Source: Candidatus Eiseniibacteriota bacterium (GTDB lineage Bacteria > Eisenbacteria > RBG-16-71-46 > JABDJR01). From it: a stretch of 64,000 nucleotides of DNA. The stretch lies in NCBI GenBank assembly GCA_963762255.1, contig CAVXKA010000001.1:832001-896000 (forward strand), written 5' to 3'. The notes beneath the pieces were generated by a model. The model saw only the letters and a list, made by a program, of their open reading frames with translations, was not told where the DNA came from and ran no database searches. Shown piece by piece: positions 1 through 8,770 of the stretch. Positions within the stretch are counted from its first letter, which is position 1. Each line of letters opens with the position of its first letter. Both the position numbers and the translations under genes were made by a program.

Positions 1-648
1 CGGGAGTACTTCCCGGGGCCGGACACCGGCGTTGAGTTCTGCGACCAGATCGGCAATCGCGCCACCTTCCTCCGGCAGGGGGAGTGGCTTCTTGCCCAGG
101 ACTTCGCCGAGGCAATCTTCTTCGCCGAAGACGATTATTTCTACCGGCCCGACACGTTCCTCCCCATGCTGTCCTTCCTGAAGGAGGGACGGGGGATCGA
201 CTTTGTCACCCCCTACGATCACGTGGACTACCACGTCCATCCCCTCCATCGCCGGACGAAGCTTCGCCGCGAACACGAGGGCCGGACGTGGCGGCGGGAG
301 GCGACGACCTGCCTCACCTTTCTCACCACCCGGACCGTCCTGGGGGAGACGTGGCCCCTCTTCCGGGCCTTCGCCGACGGCGCGGCCGACAGCACCATCT
401 GGGCCGCCCTCACCCGGATCCTCTTCTCGCCGGCGACCATCCTTCGCAACGCCCCCGCCGACCGCGAGGTGCCGGTGATCTACGCCGACGCACTGCGCCG
501 CTTCCCACGACAGATCCTGGCCGGGAAGAGCTACGGGCTCTGGTGCCCGGAACCCGGCTTCGCCACCCACCTCGAGTCGACCGGCCTCGCCCCCGGCTTC
601 AGCGTGGAGGAGCTTCTCGGCCTGGGCGGGAGTCGTCCGGAGGCCTGA
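1..648 (+). CDS. Glycosyltransferase-like protein (GT-A/family 2-like), 5' partial
   Basis: Frame 1 is open from base 1. It reads ...IFFAEDDYFY... (acidic metal-binding-like motif) and TPYDHVDY, and stops at TGA 646-648. Codon usage is genome-typical and GC-rich. Confidence 0.55.
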   Translation, partial: REYFPGPDTGVEFCDQIGNRATFLRQGEWLLAQDFAEAIFFAEDDYFYRPDTFLPMLSFLKEGRGIDFVTPYDHVDYHVHPLHRRTKLRREHEGRTWRREATTCLTFLTTRTVLGETWPLFRAFADGAADSTIWAALTRILFSPATILRNAPADREVPVIYADALRRFPRQILAGKSYGLWCPEPGFATHLESTGLAPGFSVEELLGLGGSRPEA

Positions 649-850
649 CCACGGAGCGGCCGATCAAGCGAATCTCGACGCTTCATCCCTGAAATGCCCT
701 ATGCCGGATGGCGTTCCGGGCAGTACAGGCCCTTTCAACGCCGCAGGCCGGGATTCGCTGGATACATGGGCGGGGGTTGCAGGCTATCCCCCGGAACTCA
801 CGGGCCTGGAGTTGGGTCTGCTCCAAGGGTACGGCTCCTGGCGGGTGGGA

Positions 851-902
851 CTATACTGAACAGCAGAGCCTACTACTGGGTTCTGTCCAATTCACGTTCG
901 GC
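851..902 (+). other. Candidate attI-like / first cassette boundary (core GTTCGGC at 896-902)
   Basis: GTTCGGC is the exact reverse complement of the attC1 R'' core GCCGAAC (2112-2118). The upstream DNA lacks a canonical attC L-box geometry. Confidence 0.4.
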
Positions 903-935
903 CCTCTCGGCGTAATCGCCATTCCGGAAAGTTGA

Positions 936-2054
936 GTGAGGGAGATGGAGCTCTCGGCTGTAGATGTCCGATCGATGCGCAGCACGGACCTCTCATGGCA
1001 GACAATTCGGGACGGCGTCGAGGTTTCGTTCCTCCCGCGGCGAATGGTTCAGGAGAGTGGCTTCACTCGTGGGGCTGTGCTCTCCTGGCGATGGGATCGA
1101 GATCTGTTCGAAGGCCGCTCGCGCAATATTGCGCTCGCGCTCCATCATGCAATGCGTACGGAGATTGAGTGGCTGTTCCTGGATCTGGTCACCGTCGATC
1201 AGTCCCTCAGCTCGGAAGAACTGCTCGAGAAAGTCTCGGCGCTCGCGACGCTCTACAAGAAAGTCCCCGTCTTTGTCGCCGGCGACCGTCCCGACGTTCC
1301 GCAGAGCGAATGGGCAAGAACGTTCAGGCGCCCTTGGCTACTCTATGAGGCTAGATCCTACGCGGTGAATCCCGCAGGAGTTACATATCTCGGCTACCGC
1401 CATCGTCTATCGTCCGAGGTCGCTCCGGTCGCGTTCGCTCCCGAGCTCCAAGCCATCAGGGAGGCCGGGTTCGCCATCTACGTTTTCTATGCCATATGGG
1501 GGTACATCGGGATGCAGGACCCCGGAGATTTCAGATTCATCCTGCGGCCCTTCTATTCGCTATTCACCTACCTCCACGAGAGATTGACCAGGGACGATTT
1601 CCTCTTTTCTGTGTTTCTCGTCTGCGCGATCCACGAGCGAACGCAGACAGTCGAAGGTTGGGACGGACCGTTCGACAATGGCTATCGAATAAACTTCCAC
1701 GACATCCGCTTCGAATCGCGGTCCTTCGACCGGTTTTCGATTGGCAAACACGAATCTGCGCGCTTCTATGAGACGCTCCGAACGATCAGCCTAGACGGCC
1801 ATCCCGTCGCCGAATGGAGGAACAAGATGACGAGCAGCTTGGACCGTAACTGGGTCAAAGTTCTGCCCGATGCAGAGCGTTCACGCTTTGATGCGCTCAA
1901 GGTTCCAGACGACGTTCGGCAGGATTACGAAGAGAGAAAGAAGGAACGACTTGCCAGCCTCTTTCTCGACGCGCAGGCGGCCCGGCCACAAGTGCGCCAA
2001 CTAACAGCCTACCTGGATCGCGAAGTGTGGATTCCTTTCGAGCCAGCGGAATGA
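936..2054 (+). CDS. HET (heterokaryon incompatibility)-domain-like protein, gene cassette 1
   Basis: Motifs VLSWRW, WLFLDLVTVDQ, LYKKVPVFV and FRRPWLLYE are in the order of the HET consensus (LSYxW / LWIDxxCIxQ / IYxxA / RxWxxQE). Confidence 0.6.
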   Translation: MREMELSAVDVRSMRSTDLSWQTIRDGVEVSFLPRRMVQESGFTRGAVLSWRWDRDLFEGRSRNIALALHHAMRTEIEWLFLDLVTVDQSLSSEELLEKVSALATLYKKVPVFVAGDRPDVPQSEWARTFRRPWLLYEARSYAVNPAGVTYLGYRHRLSSEVAPVAFAPELQAIREAGFAIYVFYAIWGYIGMQDPGDFRFILRPFYSLFTYLHERLTRDDFLFSVFLVCAIHERTQTVEGWDGPFDNGYRINFHDIRFESRSFDRFSIGKHESARFYETLRTISLDGHPVAEWRNKMTSSLDRNWVKVLPDAERSRFDALKVPDDVRQDYEERKKERLASLFLDAQAARPQVRQLTAYLDREVWIPFEPAE

Positions 2055-2111
2055 AATCAACCGGGGACGTGAGGGCCGAGGTGGCCGAGTTGAGTCACTG
2101 GCCAAGAGAAT

Positions 2112-2197
2112 GCCGAACAAAGCGCTGGAGCCGACGGCATGAATTTCGGTGATTATCGCAGCCTGCAGTGGGCCGCGGCTCAGCGCCAACGTTAGAT
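2112..2197 (+). mobile_element. attC site 1
   Basis: R'' GCCGAAC ... GCGCTGGAGCCG ... CGGCTCAGCGC ... R' GTTAGAT. Imperfect palindrome with an extrahelical base. Confidence 0.9.
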
Positions 2198-3044
2198 GGA
2201 GAAGACTGGAAGGGTGAATCATTCTGTGCAGTCGGGGCCGTGTATCTACTGTAGAACGATCGATGCCCCATTCACCTCTGAGGAACACGTAGTTCCGGAA
2301 TCCCTCGTCGGGGATGAGCTCATTCTGCCCAGAGGCATGGTGTGCGATGTATGCAACTCGGGCGCGCTATCTGACTTGGACAACTGCCTCCAGAACTCGC
2401 CGCTTCTGGGTCTTCACCGCGTACTCTATGGCCCTGGCTTCACCAAGCAGGGCAAGAGACCGATCGCAAATTTCCAGAACGCCTTCCTCTCTCGTCACGG
2501 CGATACTCACATTCAGCTTCGTCCCAAGGACCGGACGGGGGGGATCCGCGACTTTGAGGAACTTCCAGATGGCACCTCACGATTCTCCGTTTCCCTGAAG
2601 AGGCACTTTGACCATGTCAAGTTCAGCAGGGCCCTTCAAAAGATCGGGCTCGGAGCATTCGCCCTCAAGAAGGGGCGGGATCCAGCACTAGATCAACGAT
2701 TCGATACGGCGCGCAGCTTCATACTGCAGGGAGGCACATTCCCAAGTTCGTGGATCCTGGCACTGTCCGGTCCCCCAGCGCCCGGCGGATCGCTCAGGTT
2801 CTGGGATGTCCATCCGCTCGCGCTGTTCGCGTTGGAGGTATCCGGTGTGCGGATGGGATTCCCTCTGGAGCCCACGCCACGATTGGAGGATCTCCCAGTC
2901 GCTGGACTGTTGACCAATGTCGCCTGGTTCCCGATGGATGGGGAGCACGATGACTTTGTAGTCTCGAGCCCATCGGTCGGAGCCGGGAATCAGGACGGCC
3001 CATCTAACGGGCCGCTGCAGCCGCCGCCCGCTCCTGAGGAGTAA
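2196..3044 (+). CDS. HNH endonuclease family protein, gene cassette 2
   Basis: CIYC...SEEHVVPESL...CDVCN zinc/HNH motif. The gene is bounded by attC1 and attC2. Confidence 0.8.
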   Translation: MEKTGRVNHSVQSGPCIYCRTIDAPFTSEEHVVPESLVGDELILPRGMVCDVCNSGALSDLDNCLQNSPLLGLHRVLYGPGFTKQGKRPIANFQNAFLSRHGDTHIQLRPKDRTGGIRDFEELPDGTSRFSVSLKRHFDHVKFSRALQKIGLGAFALKKGRDPALDQRFDTARSFILQGGTFPSSWILALSGPPAPGGSLRFWDVHPLALFALEVSGVRMGFPLEPTPRLEDLPVAGLLTNVAWFPMDGEHDDFVVSSPSVGAGNQDGPSNGPLQPPPAPEE

Positions 3045-3104
3045 GCTGCGGCTTGGAAGGGCGACCGGTTGTCGCGGGCGCGGCTGACCGGCAGCACGTT
3101 AGGC
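3002..3104 (+). mobile_element. attC site 2
   Basis: R'' ATCTAAC is the exact reverse complement of attC1 R' GTTAGAT. Stem CCG-CTGCAGCCGC / GCGGCTGACCGG; R' GTTAGGC. Confidence 0.9.
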
Positions 3105-3142
3105 GAACGAAGATGGCGCAGCGAGTCAACGGCGAGAAACCA

Positions 3143-6100
3143 ATGAACCAAGCTGACCGCGTTTTCATCAGCTACAGCCACCGGGGAAGCGGACCGGGTT
3201 GGAAGGCACGGATGGTGCGGCATCTTGGTGTCTTTGAGCGACATCATCTCCTCGATGTGTGGCAGGACGGCAAAATCCGTGTCAGTTCCTACTGGGACGA
3301 CGACATCACACAGGCCATGAGCAGTGCCCGACTAGCAGTTGTGCTGCTTACCCCTGAGGCTCTCGAATCCCAGTACATCCTTGATAAGGAATTCCCATTC
3401 CTCCGTGAGTGCCAGCAGCGCGACAGGCTCTCGGTGTTCCCGGTGATCTGCGAACCGTGCGACTGGAAAGTCCATGATTGGTTACGAGCGACTCAGGCAC
3501 CGAATGAATCGAATCCCCTCTCACCACTCACCGAAGCCGCGCAAGACCGCATCTTCCGCCAACTCGCCACGGACATCGCGACAGAACTAAGCCGCGTTGC
3601 GTTTGCCGAGTTGCCGAAGTTTGACCAGCCGCCTGCACCCGAACACATCTACCTCGAGAAGTTTCCACTCACCCGTGGCCCCGGGCTGCGTGAGGAGAAA
3701 CTCATTGGCCGGGAACAGGAACTCGCCCTCCTCGACCTCGCCTTCGCCCAGCCGCACACCGCAATCGTCTCTCTCGTCGCCTGGGGCGGCGTGGGCAAGA
3801 CCATGCTCGTCCAGCACTGGCTCCAGCACCTCCAACGCGAGGGCTGGTTAGGCGCGCAGCGCGTCTATGCGTGGAGCTTCTACAGCCAGGGCACCAAGGA
3901 AGACCGGCAAGCCTCCGAAGACACCTTCCTCGCCCACGCCCTCGAATGGTTCGGCGTCCAATGCGAGCCGACCCTCTCGCCGTGGGACAAAGGACGCGTG
4001 CTCGCCGACGCCGTCGCCCGGGAACGCACGCTGCTCGTCCTCGACGGCATCGAGCCGCTCCAGTATCCGCCCGGCCCGATGGGCGGCCAACTCCGCGCCC
4101 CCGGCGTGCAGAGCCTGTTGAAACACCTGACGCGCAACGCGAACTCAGCCGATCAACACGGCCTCTGCCTTGTCACGACGCGCGAACCGCTCGCCGACCT
4201 CGCCGATTTCCAGCGGCGCGAGGCTTCGCCGTGGGGCAGCGTGCTCCGCGTGGACCTTGGCAACCTCACCGCTGAAGCCGGCGCCGCGCTGCTCCATCAC
4301 GCAGGAGCCAGCCGGGCTGGCGCGGCGGAGATCAAACCTGACGACAAGGAACTGATTGCCGCCAGCCGCGAAGTGGACGGTCACGCCCTCACGCTCAATC
4401 TGTTGGGCCGCTTCCTCGCCCGCGCGCACGTCGGCGACATCCGCCGCCGCGACTTGGTGAAATTCGAGGAAGCCGACCGCGAGGAACAAGGCGGCACAAC
4501 CTTCAAGATGCTCGCCGCCTTCGAGAACTGGTTTGCCAACGAAGGCGACATTGAAGCACGAGCCTTAACCATCCTTCGGCTTCTCGCCCTGTTCGACCGT
4601 CCAGCGGATGCGGGCTGCATGGGCGCTTTGCGAAAGTCTCCCATCATCTCCGGGTTGACCGAGCCTCTGTTCACGCTGAGACGGGATTCAAATACCGGTC
4701 AGATGAATGAGAAGCCGCTTTCTGACAAAGCGTGGAATGATGCGATTCATTTTCTTGTCGACTTTGACCTCGTAACCGTGATCGCGTTCGAACGACCTCA
4801 GATTCGAGGCTTCAATATGTTCACAGCACAAGTGATGAGATTCTACGGTCCGAACGCCGGCGTAGTGGAAGAGTTTGACACGGCTTCTGCTGTCCCTGCA
4901 AATGGCAGTTACGTTCTGGAGGCTCACCCTCTCATTCGTGAACACTTTGAGCGGCGTTTACGAATTCAAAGTCCGCACTCTTACAGGAACGGACATTCGC
5001 GCGTGTTCGAGTTCCTCAAGCAATCCGTGCCCTATTGGCCGGAAGGAATCCACAACTTGGTACCGCTCTATCAAGCCGTCTTCCACGGCTGCCGGGCTGG
5101 GGAGTATGACGATGCACGCGAACAGGTGTTCCGGGATCGCATCCTTCGCGCTACTTCCGGGCCGTGCGCGAATTACAGCACTTTTTCGCTCGGGGCTTCC
5201 GACGCGGATCTTTCTGCTCTAGCTTGCTTCTTTGAGATAGCTTGGACACGAGCAAGAGAGGCATTCTCCGATCAGGCAGTAGCTTGGATTCTCAACGAGA
5301 CAGCTTTTCGCCTTCGCGCTATTGGTAGGATAACAGAGGCCGTCGAACCGTTGCGTGCGGCTGTCGAAGCGTCCGCAAGGTTGAGCGACTGGAGTAACGC
5401 GGCGCTTGATGCTGGCAATTTGAGTGAAGTTCACCTTGTCTCGGGAGACGTAGCCGCAGCCGTAATGGCAGCGGATCTCTCCGTCCAATACGCCGACCGA
5501 GCAAAGGACAAACCTCCAACAACGAACGAATCACCGTATTGGCCGATCCACATGCGCGCCCGACTCGCCGCCGCGTTCTTTCAATCCGGGAAGAGTGAAG
5601 ATGCACGGATCTTGTTTGAACAAGCGGAGGAAGGACAGCGGCGTGCTCAGCCCGAATTCCCCGTGCTTTACTCCGTGTCCGGCTTCCGATATTGCGAGTT
5701 CTATCTTCACGGGCCTGAACGCGCTGCTTGGAGCACTACACTTCCAGGTCTCGATTTCGTCTGGGAATCTGCGGATATGTCGTTGACGTGGACAGCTCAG
5801 AAGCGGGCACGCCAAGCACTTCATTGGCTGGAGCAATTCGGTAGCCGTGGCCTCTTGGACATAGCGCTTGACACCTTAACACTAGATCGTTCGGTATTGT
5901 ACCGGACGGTGGTTGATCACTATTCAGCGCCAAACCGCGAAATCGCACTACGCATGCTGCAGGCGGCACTACCTCCGATGCATCATCAGTTCACACTGAT
6001 TGTCGATGCTTTCAGACAGTGTCGCTCGCAAGAATTCATCCCTTTAGCCCTGTTGACGCGCGCTTGGGTGCGGTGTTTGAAAGGAGACACTGCTGGTTCC

Positions 6101-6328
6101 AAAGTCGACTTGGACGAAGCGTGGGACATTGCCGAGCGCGGGCCGATGCGGCTGCACATGGCCGACATCCACCTTTACCGCGCCCGGCTCTTCTTCCGCG
6201 AGAAACCTTACCCGTGGAATTCTTCGCAGGACGACCTCGCCGCCGCCGAGAAACTCGTCAACGACTGCGGGTACCACCGCCGTGACGAAGAACTCGCCGA
6301 CGCCAAGCGCGCCATCCTAGGAGCATGA
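3143..6328 (+). CDS. TIR domain - STAND/NB-ARC-like NTPase - TPR protein (NLR/Avs-like), gene cassette 3
   Basis: TIR motifs VFISYSH...VWQD...SQYILDKE. GREQEL, Walker A WGGVGKT, Walker B LLVLDGIE, VTTR, GHALTL. Helical TPR-like C-terminus. Alternative ATG at 3113. Confidence 0.88.
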   Translation: MNQADRVFISYSHRGSGPGWKARMVRHLGVFERHHLLDVWQDGKIRVSSYWDDDITQAMSSARLAVVLLTPEALESQYILDKEFPFLRECQQRDRLSVFPVICEPCDWKVHDWLRATQAPNESNPLSPLTEAAQDRIFRQLATDIATELSRVAFAELPKFDQPPAPEHIYLEKFPLTRGPGLREEKLIGREQELALLDLAFAQPHTAIVSLVAWGGVGKTMLVQHWLQHLQREGWLGAQRVYAWSFYSQGTKEDRQASEDTFLAHALEWFGVQCEPTLSPWDKGRVLADAVARERTLLVLDGIEPLQYPPGPMGGQLRAPGVQSLLKHLTRNANSADQHGLCLVTTREPLADLADFQRREASPWGSVLRVDLGNLTAEAGAALLHHAGASRAGAAEIKPDDKELIAASREVDGHALTLNLLGRFLARAHVGDIRRRDLVKFEEADREEQGGTTFKMLAAFENWFANEGDIEARALTILRLLALFDRPADAGCMGALRKSPIISGLTEPLFTLRRDSNTGQMNEKPLSDKAWNDAIHFLVDFDLVTVIAFERPQIRGFNMFTAQVMRFYGPNAGVVEEFDTASAVPANGSYVLEAHPLIREHFERRLRIQSPHSYRNGHSRVFEFLKQSVPYWPEGIHNLVPLYQAVFHGCRAGEYDDAREQVFRDRILRATSGPCANYSTFSLGASDADLSALACFFEIAWTRAREAFSDQAVAWILNETAFRLRAIGRITEAVEPLRAAVEASARLSDWSNAALDAGNLSEVHLVSGDVAAAVMAADLSVQYADRAKDKPPTTNESPYWPIHMRARLAAAFFQSGKSEDARILFEQAEEGQRRAQPEFPVLYSVSGFRYCEFYLHGPERAAWSTTLPGLDFVWESADMSLTWTAQKRARQALHWLEQFGSRGLLDIALDTLTLDRSVLYRTVVDHYSAPNREIALRMLQAALPPMHHQFTLIVDAFRQCRSQEFIPLALLTRAWVRCLKGDTAGSKVDLDEAWDIAERGPMRLHMADIHLYRARLFFREKPYPWNSSQDDLAAAEKLVNDCGYHRRDEELADAKRAILGA

Positions 6329-6410
6329 ACCGTCATCAGGGACCTACATCTGGGAATAGGGGGCGCCGTAGATCGAAAGGTCGGCAATGGCTGCGTGTTC
6401 GGGAGCGTGC

Positions 6411-6470
6411 GCCGAACAACAGCATGCAGCGGACGGCGCTGCGCGCCGCAGCTGATGCTGGGCGTCAGGC
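6411..6470 (+). mobile_element. attC site 3 (R' core mutated GTT to GTC)
   Basis: R'' GCCGAAC, CAGCATGCAGC / GCTGATGCTG inverted repeat, R' GTCAGGC. GTCAGGCGTCAC matches the reverse complement of GTGACGCCTAAC (7464-7475) at 11 of 12 positions. Confidence 0.85.
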
Positions 6471-6483
6471 GTCACGAATAGGC

Positions 6484-7431
6484 ATGGTGATGGCTCCATA
6501 TCAGGTGTTTGTCTCTTTCAAGAATCTTGATGGCCATGGAAACCCGACGCCGGACAGCGTGTTGGCGGCGACTGTCAGTGGTTTTCTCGCCAGTCATGGC
6601 CTTCGCGTGTTCTTCAGCAATCAGTCTCTCGAGAAGCTTGGAACAGCCGCCTACAAGAAGGCGATAGACGATGCCCTTGACGCTTGTTCGGTGCTAGTCG
6701 CCGTCGGGACCTCGGCCAATAACCTACAATCGCCGTGGGTCCAGTATGAATGGGACAGCTTCTATAACGACCTTTTGAGCGGCTTGTGGCCTCACAAACG
6801 GCTCTTCTCCTATGTCAAGGACATAGTACCGCGCGACCCGCCTCGTTCGCTGCGACAGAATCAGTCGATCGTTCACATCGACGCGACTGATGCGTCATTG
6901 ACGTCTCTGCTCAACTTCGTTCGCAACGCACTGCCAGAAGACGGTTCAGGTCCCCAGGCAGCTGCTCAAGACTTAACGGACGAGACGATCGCGTCACTAT
7001 CGCTGGTAGAGAGGCTGGCTCTGGGCATCTTGTGCTGGGATACCGAGACACCAGACGTCCTGCACGAGTCGATCCTTCCTCTCTGGCATTCTCTCCCGCG
7101 GCTGGCTCGTCGTGCATATTCGGACTACGCCGACCAAGTCATCGATCAATTCGGCGCGCTGGGGTACGACTTGGTGCCTACGGACGACAGATCCTCGGTG
7201 TTTCGCTTGACCCCGGATCAAGTGGAAGCACTCGCGGGGTACGAACACATGGAGTGGCTTGCCAGGAAAGCGGCTTTCGGGTGGCAGTATGGTGGCTGGA
7301 TGGACAAGCCAAACAAACGCAGCCCGTTTCTGGCTCCCTGGTCCGATCTTCCAGACCGGGCAAAGCAACTTGCTTTGACGGACGTTCGGTCACTTCCGGT
7401 TGCTCTTGCGGCGGCCTGGTTGCGGTTATGA
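6484..7431 (+). CDS. TIR domain - RyR repeat protein, gene cassette 4
   Basis: N-terminal TIR: VFVSFKN...VFFS...AIDDALD...SPWVQYEW. C-terminal RyR repeat: LAGYEHMEW...GWQYG...DKPNKRSPFLAPWSDLP. The longer ORF call from 6325 runs through attC3. Confidence 0.82.
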   Translation: MVMAPYQVFVSFKNLDGHGNPTPDSVLAATVSGFLASHGLRVFFSNQSLEKLGTAAYKKAIDDALDACSVLVAVGTSANNLQSPWVQYEWDSFYNDLLSGLWPHKRLFSYVKDIVPRDPPRSLRQNQSIVHIDATDASLTSLLNFVRNALPEDGSGPQAAAQDLTDETIASLSLVERLALGILCWDTETPDVLHESILPLWHSLPRLARRAYSDYADQVIDQFGALGYDLVPTDDRSSVFRLTPDQVEALAGYEHMEWLARKAAFGWQYGGWMDKPNKRSPFLAPWSDLPDRAKQLALTDVRSLPVALAAAWLRL

Positions 7432-7468
7432 CGGACGTCGGATGGAACGATGTGATCGCAGCTGTGAC

Positions 7469-7537
7469 GCCTAACACGGCATGCACCAGGCGGCGCGCGG
7501 GGTACAGCGCGCCGCTGGTGATGCCGAGCCGTTAGGC
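7469..7537 (+). mobile_element. attC site 4
   Basis: R'' GCCTAAC, CGGCATGCACCAG / CTGGTGATGCCG, R' GTTAGGC. Confidence 0.9.
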
Positions 7538-7567
7538 AGGCAATGGGGCTTGGTTACGGTGGCTGGA

Positions 7568-8035
7568 ATGCGATTCTTTCTAGTCGTCTTGATTGTGGCC
7601 CTGGGGGGATGTGGGTCCGAGTCATCGCCCCAGCAGACTGTGCCGATCCCTGACGTGACAGATGACATGACAGAGGAGTGCGAGTGTCTTGCCGTGGCTC
7701 CCTACTTCTCGGCTTCCTGTGTCGGGATTGCGGGGGCCATGCCGCACATGGTCCCATGCTGGCGCGCGATCGTGGCGCACGCAGACGGGGACGATCACTT
7801 CAGGGAACTTCTCGATCACGCGACGTTGGCTGGGCAGTTGTATGGGCTCGCGGGGTTGTACTTCACGGACCGTAGCGGTTTTGACATGTACGTTCAGCCG
7901 TACCTGGCAAGCACTGACAGCGTCCGCACGTTCGAAGGTTGCATCATCCGTCGTGTCGAGGTACGGGAACTCATGGGGGGGTTCCTGAATGGAACGACGC
8001 CAGCGGCCCTGCAGTCACTGGAGTGTCCATTCTAG
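7568..8035 (+). CDS. Putative lipoprotein, gene cassette 5
   Basis: MRFFLVVLIVALGG|C lipobox-like signal. The gene lies between attC4 and attC5. Confidence 0.7.
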   Translation: MRFFLVVLIVALGGCGSESSPQQTVPIPDVTDDMTEECECLAVAPYFSASCVGIAGAMPHMVPCWRAIVAHADGDDHFRELLDHATLAGQLYGLAGLYFTDRSGFDMYVQPYLASTDSVRTFEGCIIRRVEVRELMGGFLNGTTPAALQSLECPF

Positions 8036-8045
8036 TCAAAGGGCT

Positions 8046-8151
8046 GCCTAACGGGCCGCTGCAGCCGCCGCCCGCTCCCCCCGGGGAGTAGGATAGGGCC
8101 TTGAAGGGTGGCCGGTGGTCCCGGGCGCGGCTGACCGGCAGCACGTAAGGC
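8046..8151 (+). mobile_element. attC site 5 (same family as attC2; R' GTAAGGC)
   Basis: CTGCCTAAC is the reverse complement of GTTAGGCAG at 7531-7539. The body is closely similar to attC2. Confidence 0.85.
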
Positions 8152-8229
8152 AACATCGGGCAGTCGCAGTCGGTCTGTCGGGGCCGGAACCGCTGGAAAT
8201 CGCGGGTCAGACTTCGAAGGGAGGGCCGA

Positions 8230-8655
8230 ATGATCGGAGCACTTGTGGCCAGGAAAGCGCTGGCGGGCGCTTTCGATGCGTTGAACCGGCATGATCTGCC
8301 GAAGTTCATGTCGGCCTGGCGGGACGACGGGGTGTTTGTCTATCCCGGCGAAATACCTGAAAGCGGGACCTTTCAGGGCAAGAGCGCCGTCGCAGGCTGG
8401 TTCGGACATTTCTTCGAGCAGTTTCCAGGGATCAGATTCGAGATTCAAGACCTCTGCGTCCGGAACATCTTCGACCTTTCAGGCACCAACGTCGTCGCTG
8501 TGCACTGGAATATCCAGCTTACCAACCGAGAGGGACGTGTAGGCCAAAACAGCGGCGTGACGGTCGTGAACATCAAATACGGCAAGGTCTTCCTCGTGAA
8601 GGATTTCATCTTTGATCTTGGCGACAACTTCAGGCGCAATTGGAGTGCATCGTAG
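8230..8655 (+). CDS. SnoaL-like / NTF2-family protein, gene cassette 6
   Basis: AFDALNRHDL...WRDDGVFVYPG...GTFQGKSAV pattern; GGAGG upstream. Confidence 0.8.
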   Translation: MIGALVARKALAGAFDALNRHDLPKFMSAWRDDGVFVYPGEIPESGTFQGKSAVAGWFGHFFEQFPGIRFEIQDLCVRNIFDLSGTNVVAVHWNIQLTNREGRVGQNSGVTVVNIKYGKVFLVKDFIFDLGDNFRRNWSAS

Positions 8656-8666
8656 CGAGCGCAGCT

Positions 8667-8763
8667 GCGTGACTGGCGTTTGCAGTCCCCGCCCGCTCAT
8701 TGGGAGTGGAATCGGCCAAAGAGCCGGCCGTCGCGCGCGCGGCCGACCGGCAGCACGTTAGAG
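8667..8763 (+). mobile_element. Degenerate attC site 6 (attC2/5 family)
   Basis: R'' has decayed to GCGTGAC. TGCAG...GCCCGCTC is retained on the left, and GCGCGGCCGACCGGCAGCAC-GTTAGAG on the right. Confidence 0.75.
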
Positions 8764-8770
8764 AGCAGCA

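Noticed and set aside
656-690. GCCGATCAAGCGAATC resembling an attC left end
   Set aside because: No AAC core and no matching right arm found.
3053-3112. ORF-track N-terminal extensions of cassette genes (3053, 6325, 7481, 9421, 10088)
   Set aside because: They read through attC DNA. Better starts lie downstream of each site.
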